From positions 13,955 to 77,954 of the forward strand of contig JAFSAO010000020.1 in assembly GCA_017440935.1 (NCBI GenBank): a stretch of DNA of 64,000 nucleotides. The letters run 5' to 3'. Each line of letters begins with the position of its first letter. Position 1 is the stretch's first letter. The notes beneath the pieces are model-generated. The model was not told where the DNA came from and searched no databases. It was given only the letters and a program-made list of their open reading frames with translations. Both the position numbers and the translations under genes were made by a program. This DNA comes from Opitutales bacterium (lineage in GTDB: Bacteria; Verrucomicrobiota; Verrucomicrobiia; Opitutales; UBA953). Below are positions 60,199-64,000 of the stretch, in pieces.

Positions 60199-60756
60199 AT
60201 GGATCGCTCGAAAATTTACACGGAAATTGAAGGGCATTTTCTGCTCGCGCGTTTGAACGTGAAGGGGATTTTTGCCCGTTCCGTCGTTTGGATTGTGGAA
60301 TTTTCCAAGGAAAAGGGCGCGCGCGGTTTTATCCTGAATCGTCCGACGGGAAAAACGCTCGGCGTGTGCTCGCCGCATTTCGCGGGAACGCCGATAGGCG
60401 ACGTTCCCGTGCTGGAAGGTGGTCCCGTCGGTTCGGGACAACTCTGCTTCGTTTTACGTTCCTGCGTTGCCGCCGACGGGAAACATCATGTGCGTGTCGG
60501 CGTGCGGACGGAGGAAATTCGCGATGTGATTTTCAATCCCGGCGTGCGTGCGTATGGTTTTGTCGGTCGCGCCGAATGGGCACCCGGGCAACTTGAGGAC
60601 GAGATTTCGCGCAATACGTGGATGCGTGCGCGCATGGATTCTGCCGCGTGGGATGCGGGCGGAGCGGAGGATTTTTGGCGGCGGCTCGTTGCGAAAATCC
60701 GTAAGCCGGAAGCCGAGCTGATGTTGCGCGCCCCGTCGGATTTGTCCGCGAATTAA
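60199..60756 (+). CDS. YqgE/AlgH family (UPF0301) protein
   Basis: FARSVVWIVE...GARGFILNRP, GGPV and GRAEWAPGQLEDEI..NTW motifs. Confidence 0.88.
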   Translation: MDRSKIYTEIEGHFLLARLNVKGIFARSVVWIVEFSKEKGARGFILNRPTGKTLGVCSPHFAGTPIGDVPVLEGGPVGSGQLCFVLRSCVAADGKHHVRVGVRTEEIRDVIFNPGVRAYGFVGRAEWAPGQLEDEISRNTWMRARMDSAAWDAGGAEDFWRRLVAKIRKPEAELMLRAPSDLSAN

Positions 60757-61160
60757 GCCGATAATTTTTCGACAATCGGGAGGTCCGCAGGTGCCCAATC
60801 GAGCGCGAAGAGCTCACTCGCCGCGAGCCAGCGGGCTTCGACGTGTTCCCGCAAAACGAATTTTGCATCGGCAGTTTCGGGAACGCAGAGAAACGCGTCC
60901 ATTTCGATTTCGCAACTCGGATAGGCGTGGAGAACTTCTGCGATTTTTTCTTCCACGATTACCGGAAAATCCATTTCTTCGCGGAGTTCCCGTGCGAGCG
61001 CGATTTCCGGGGTTTCGCCGGATTCGATTTTTCCGCCGGGGAATTCCCACTTCCACGCGACACACGGATTTTTGGCGTTCCCGCGCCGTGCGCAGAGAAT
61101 TTTCCCGTCTTTGCGAACAACGACGGCGGCAACCACGCGGATTTTCGGAATTTCAGTCAT
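60753..61160 (-). CDS. NUDIX hydrolase, MutT-like
   Basis: Nudix box WEFPGGKIESGETPEIALARELREE and the WAPAD tail. Confidence 0.9.
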   Translation of the reverse strand: MTEIPKIRVVAAVVVRKDGKILCARRGNAKNPCVAWKWEFPGGKIESGETPEIALARELREEMDFPVIVEEKIAEVLHAYPSCEIEMDAFLCVPETADAKFVLREHVEARWLAASELFALDWAPADLPIVEKLSA

Positions 61161-61207
61161 CTTCGATTAGTTAAAGAAAAAAAACTTTGCGTTTTTAATC
61201 CCGGTTT

Positions 61208-63253
61208 TTACTCCGCCAAGCCTTCGCGCTTGAGGAGAGCAGCGGGGTCGGGCGCGCGTCCCATAAAATCGCGGAAGAGCGTTTCGGCGGGAGCGGCGTT
61301 CCCGCGCGCGAGGATTTTTTCGCGAAATTCGCGTCCCGTTTTTTCGTTCAAAATTCCCTCGTTCAAAAAGCGCGTGAAGCAGTCGGCTTCGAGCATTTCC
61401 GCCCATTTGTAGGAATAATAACCTGCCGCGTAGCCGGTGGATTCGGAAAACAGGTGCAGGAATTTTCGTGCCATGGAAATCTGCGGGAACGCCGTCGGCA
61501 CGAGGTAATCGGCGAGCGTTTCGTTCCAGTAATTTTCCAAGTCGCAATCCTTGTATTTCGCGGTTTCGATGTGGAAATCCAAGTCCATTTTCCCGAAGGA
61601 AAGCTGGCGCACGCAGGCGCTTGCGGCGCGGAAATTTTGCGCACGCAGGAGTTTTTCCAAAAGTTCCTGCGGGAGCGGCTCGCCGGTTTCAAAATGCTTG
61701 GCAAAAAGGCTCAGCGACTCCGCGTGCTTGCACCAGTTTTCCATGATTTGCGAGGGAAGTTCGACGAAATCCCACGCGACGTTCGTTCCCGCGAGTTCAG
61801 GAATTTCGACTTCGCTCAAAACGTGGTGAAGCAAGTGACCGAATTCGTGGAAAATCGTCAGCACTTCATCGAACGAAAGCAACGCAGGTTTGCCGTCCAC
61901 AGCGGGCGACATATTGCCGCAAATCAGCCCGAGGTGCGCGGGAACGCCTTCGCCGCGCGTTGCGAGAAAATTCATCCATGCGCCGGCGCGCTTAGTTTCG
62001 CGCGGATGCCAATCCGTGTAAAATGCGCCGAGCATTTTTTCGCCGTCAAAAACTTCATAGGTTTTCACTTCCGGATGCCATGCGGGAACGCCCGTTTTTT
62101 CGACAATTTTTACGCCGAAAAGTTTTTCCGCAATCGCGAAAGCTCCGGCGATGACCGCGTTGACTTCAAAATACGGGCGCAGGCTTTCCGCATCAAAATC
62201 GTAGCGTTCGCGTCGCAGTTTTTCCGCCCAAAATCCGAGTGCCCACGGAGCGAGTTTTCCCGCTTCCGTCGCCGTCGCGTCGCCGTGTTCCCGCGCGAAT
62301 TTCGCAAGGTCGTCCGTTTCTTTTTTGAAAAAAGAATCCACGCGGGAGCGCAAATTTTCGACAAAATCGCGCGCGTTTTTCCCGCTTTTCGCCATGCGGC
62401 GCGAAGTCGTGTAATCGGCAAAATCGGCGAAACCGAGGAGCTTCGCTTTTTCGTCGCGCAGGGCGAGGATTTCGCGGATGAGCGGCGCATTGTCAAACTT
62501 CGCGTCGTCGCGGGCAACGGCGTTGGAGGCTTCCCAAAACTCGCGGCGCAGAGCATCGTTTTCCGCATATTGCATCACGGGAACGAGCGACGGCGCTTGG
62601 AGCGTGAAGCGGAATTCGCCGTCGCGGTTTTTCGCTTTGGCGGACGCGGCGGCGGCGGTTTTCGCGCTCGCGGGAATGCCGACGAGAAGCGTTTCGTCGG
62701 CGACGAATTTTTCCCATGCGTTGGTGGAATCGAGCACGTTTTCGCCGAATTTTGTCATGAGTTCGGCGAGTTTGGCGTTGATGGCGGCGAGGCGGGATTT
62801 TTTGTCGTCGGGCAAATCCGCGCCGTTTTCGCGGAAGTCGGCGAGCGTTTCGTTGAGAAAACGCTGTTGCACGGCACCGAGCGTTCCCGCGGGAATGCGT
62901 TCTGCGGCGGCTTTGATTTTTTCCCAAAGGCGCGCGTTGAGCGTGAGCGAGCTGAAAAATTCCGTTACTTTCGGCAAAACGGTGTTGTAGGCTTCGCGGA
63001 GCGCGGGTGTGTTTTCCACGCTTTCGAGGTGGCAGACGCGTCCCCACGCGCGACCGAGTTCCCGCGTGGCGCGGGCAAAGCCGAGAATTGTGGCGTCGAA
63101 GGAAATTTCGTCCGGAGTTTGTGCGCAGATTTTTTCGATATTTGCGCGTGCGCGTTCAAGCGCGAATTCGATGTCGGGAACGATGCGCTCCGGCGTCAGT
63201 TGCGCCCAATCGACATAAAAATCTTCCGAAAGAAAAGGATGTTCTGCGTTCAT
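61208..63253 (-). CDS. M3 family oligopeptidase A (PrlC/OpdA-like)
   Basis: KRAGAWM, HEFGH, WDFVELPSQIMENW and YAAGYYSYKWAE motifs. Start at ATG 63253. Confidence 0.93.
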   Translation of the reverse strand: MNAEHPFLSEDFYVDWAQLTPERIVPDIEFALERARANIEKICAQTPDEISFDATILGFARATRELGRAWGRVCHLESVENTPALREAYNTVLPKVTEFFSSLTLNARLWEKIKAAAERIPAGTLGAVQQRFLNETLADFRENGADLPDDKKSRLAAINAKLAELMTKFGENVLDSTNAWEKFVADETLLVGIPASAKTAAAASAKAKNRDGEFRFTLQAPSLVPVMQYAENDALRREFWEASNAVARDDAKFDNAPLIREILALRDEKAKLLGFADFADYTTSRRMAKSGKNARDFVENLRSRVDSFFKKETDDLAKFAREHGDATATEAGKLAPWALGFWAEKLRRERYDFDAESLRPYFEVNAVIAGAFAIAEKLFGVKIVEKTGVPAWHPEVKTYEVFDGEKMLGAFYTDWHPRETKRAGAWMNFLATRGEGVPAHLGLICGNMSPAVDGKPALLSFDEVLTIFHEFGHLLHHVLSEVEIPELAGTNVAWDFVELPSQIMENWCKHAESLSLFAKHFETGEPLPQELLEKLLRAQNFRAASACVRQLSFGKMDLDFHIETAKYKDCDLENYWNETLADYLVPTAFPQISMARKFLHLFSESTGYAAGYYSYKWAEMLEADCFTRFLNEGILNEKTGREFREKILARGNAAPAETLFRDFMGRAPDPAALLKREGLAE

Positions 63254-63411
63254 ATTTATTTTTTTTCGGAAAAATCTAATCCCGAGCTTCCGCCGAAACA
63301 AAACAAATTTCGGCAGCGGGAATCGCGATTTCATGCGGCATATTTATTTAATAGGCGTTGAATTAATGCCCGTTCTCCGTAAAATTCTGCGCTTTCAAAC
63401 TTTTTTACGCT

Positions 63412-64000
63412 ATGACACCTGAAAAAATTTCCGTGAATGCGGACGGCACGCTTGCCGTTCCCGCGAACCCGATTATTCCGTTTATCCGCGGCGACGGGAG
63501 CGGTCCGGACATTTGGTCCGCCGCCGTACGCGTGCTCGATGCCGCCGTTGAAAAAGCTTACGCGGGAACGCGAAAAATCGAATGGTGCGAAGTTTTTGCC
63601 GGAGAAAACGCGTTTAAAAAACTCGGCACGTGGTTGCCCGACGAAACGGTCGAGATTTTCCGCGAATACCTTGTCGGCATCAAAGGTCCGCTGACAACGC
63701 CGGTCGGTAAAGGCGTGCGCTCGATTAACGTGACGCTCCGCCAGACGTTGGACCTGTTTGTTTGTTTGCGTCCGGTGAAATATTTTCGCGGAATCGAAAC
63801 GCCGGTGAAAGATCCGTCGCAGGTCGACATGGTCGTTTTCCGCGAAAACACGGAAGATATTTATGCGGGAATTGACTGGACGGCGGGAACGCCGAAAGCG
63901 CGCCGCATGATTGAATTTCTCAAAACCGAATTCCCCGACGATTTCAAAAAAATCCGTTTCGGTGCGGAAACGCCGGACGAAATCGGTTTCGGCGTGAAGC
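63412..64000 (+). CDS. icd: NADP-dependent isocitrate dehydrogenase (truncated by the window end)
   Basis: Translation MTPEKI...[15 protein letters not shown]...[31 protein letters not shown]...[11 protein letters not shown]; absent from the ORF track because it has no stop in the window. Confidence 0.95.
   Translation, partial: MTPEKISVNADGTLAVPANPIIPFIRGDGSGPDIWSAAVRVLDAAVEKAYAGTRKIEWCEVFAGENAFKKLGTWLPDETVEIFREYLVGIKGPLTTPVGKGVRSINVTLRQTLDLFVCLRPVKYFRGIETPVKDPSQVDMVVFRENTEDIYAGIDWTAGTPKARRMIEFLKTEFPDDFKKIRFGAETPDEIGFGVK

Overview
A 64-kb stretch of mostly core chromosome. The origin is inferred to be a host- or gut-associated Verrucomicrobia (Opitutales-like) bacterium, based on gene content and protein style; this was not verified by a search. 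It holds about 47 real CDS, including mfd, galE, truA, murF, dusB, tsaD, gyrB, gyrA, fabZ-like, fabI, hprK, murI, ddh, gatB, ybeY, rph and a partial icd, plus tRNA-Cys(GCA) and tRNA-Gly(GCC). No IS, integrase, prophage or CRISPR array is visible. The most striking signal is not a gene. The non-palindromic 8-mer CGGGAACG/CGTTCCCG recurs about every 150-300 bp in many genes, in both orientations and all reading frames. It also builds terminator stems and protein linkers and is scarce in low-GC accessory segments, which is how a DNA-uptake-sequence or HIP1-like genome signature behaves. Other notable items: a two-hairpin RNA after tRNA-Cys displaying anti-Shine-Dalgarno loops; a tandem pair of exported ClpP-like proteases; a single-chain LptC plus 4x LptA protein; a toxin/immunity-like cassette with a swapped low-GC junction; a 26-bp Z-DNA/cruciform tract upstream of gyrBA; and a hydrolase-DedA-ATP-grasp fusion whose catalytic motifs look degenerate. 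All counts were made by hand and all family calls come from motif recognition only.
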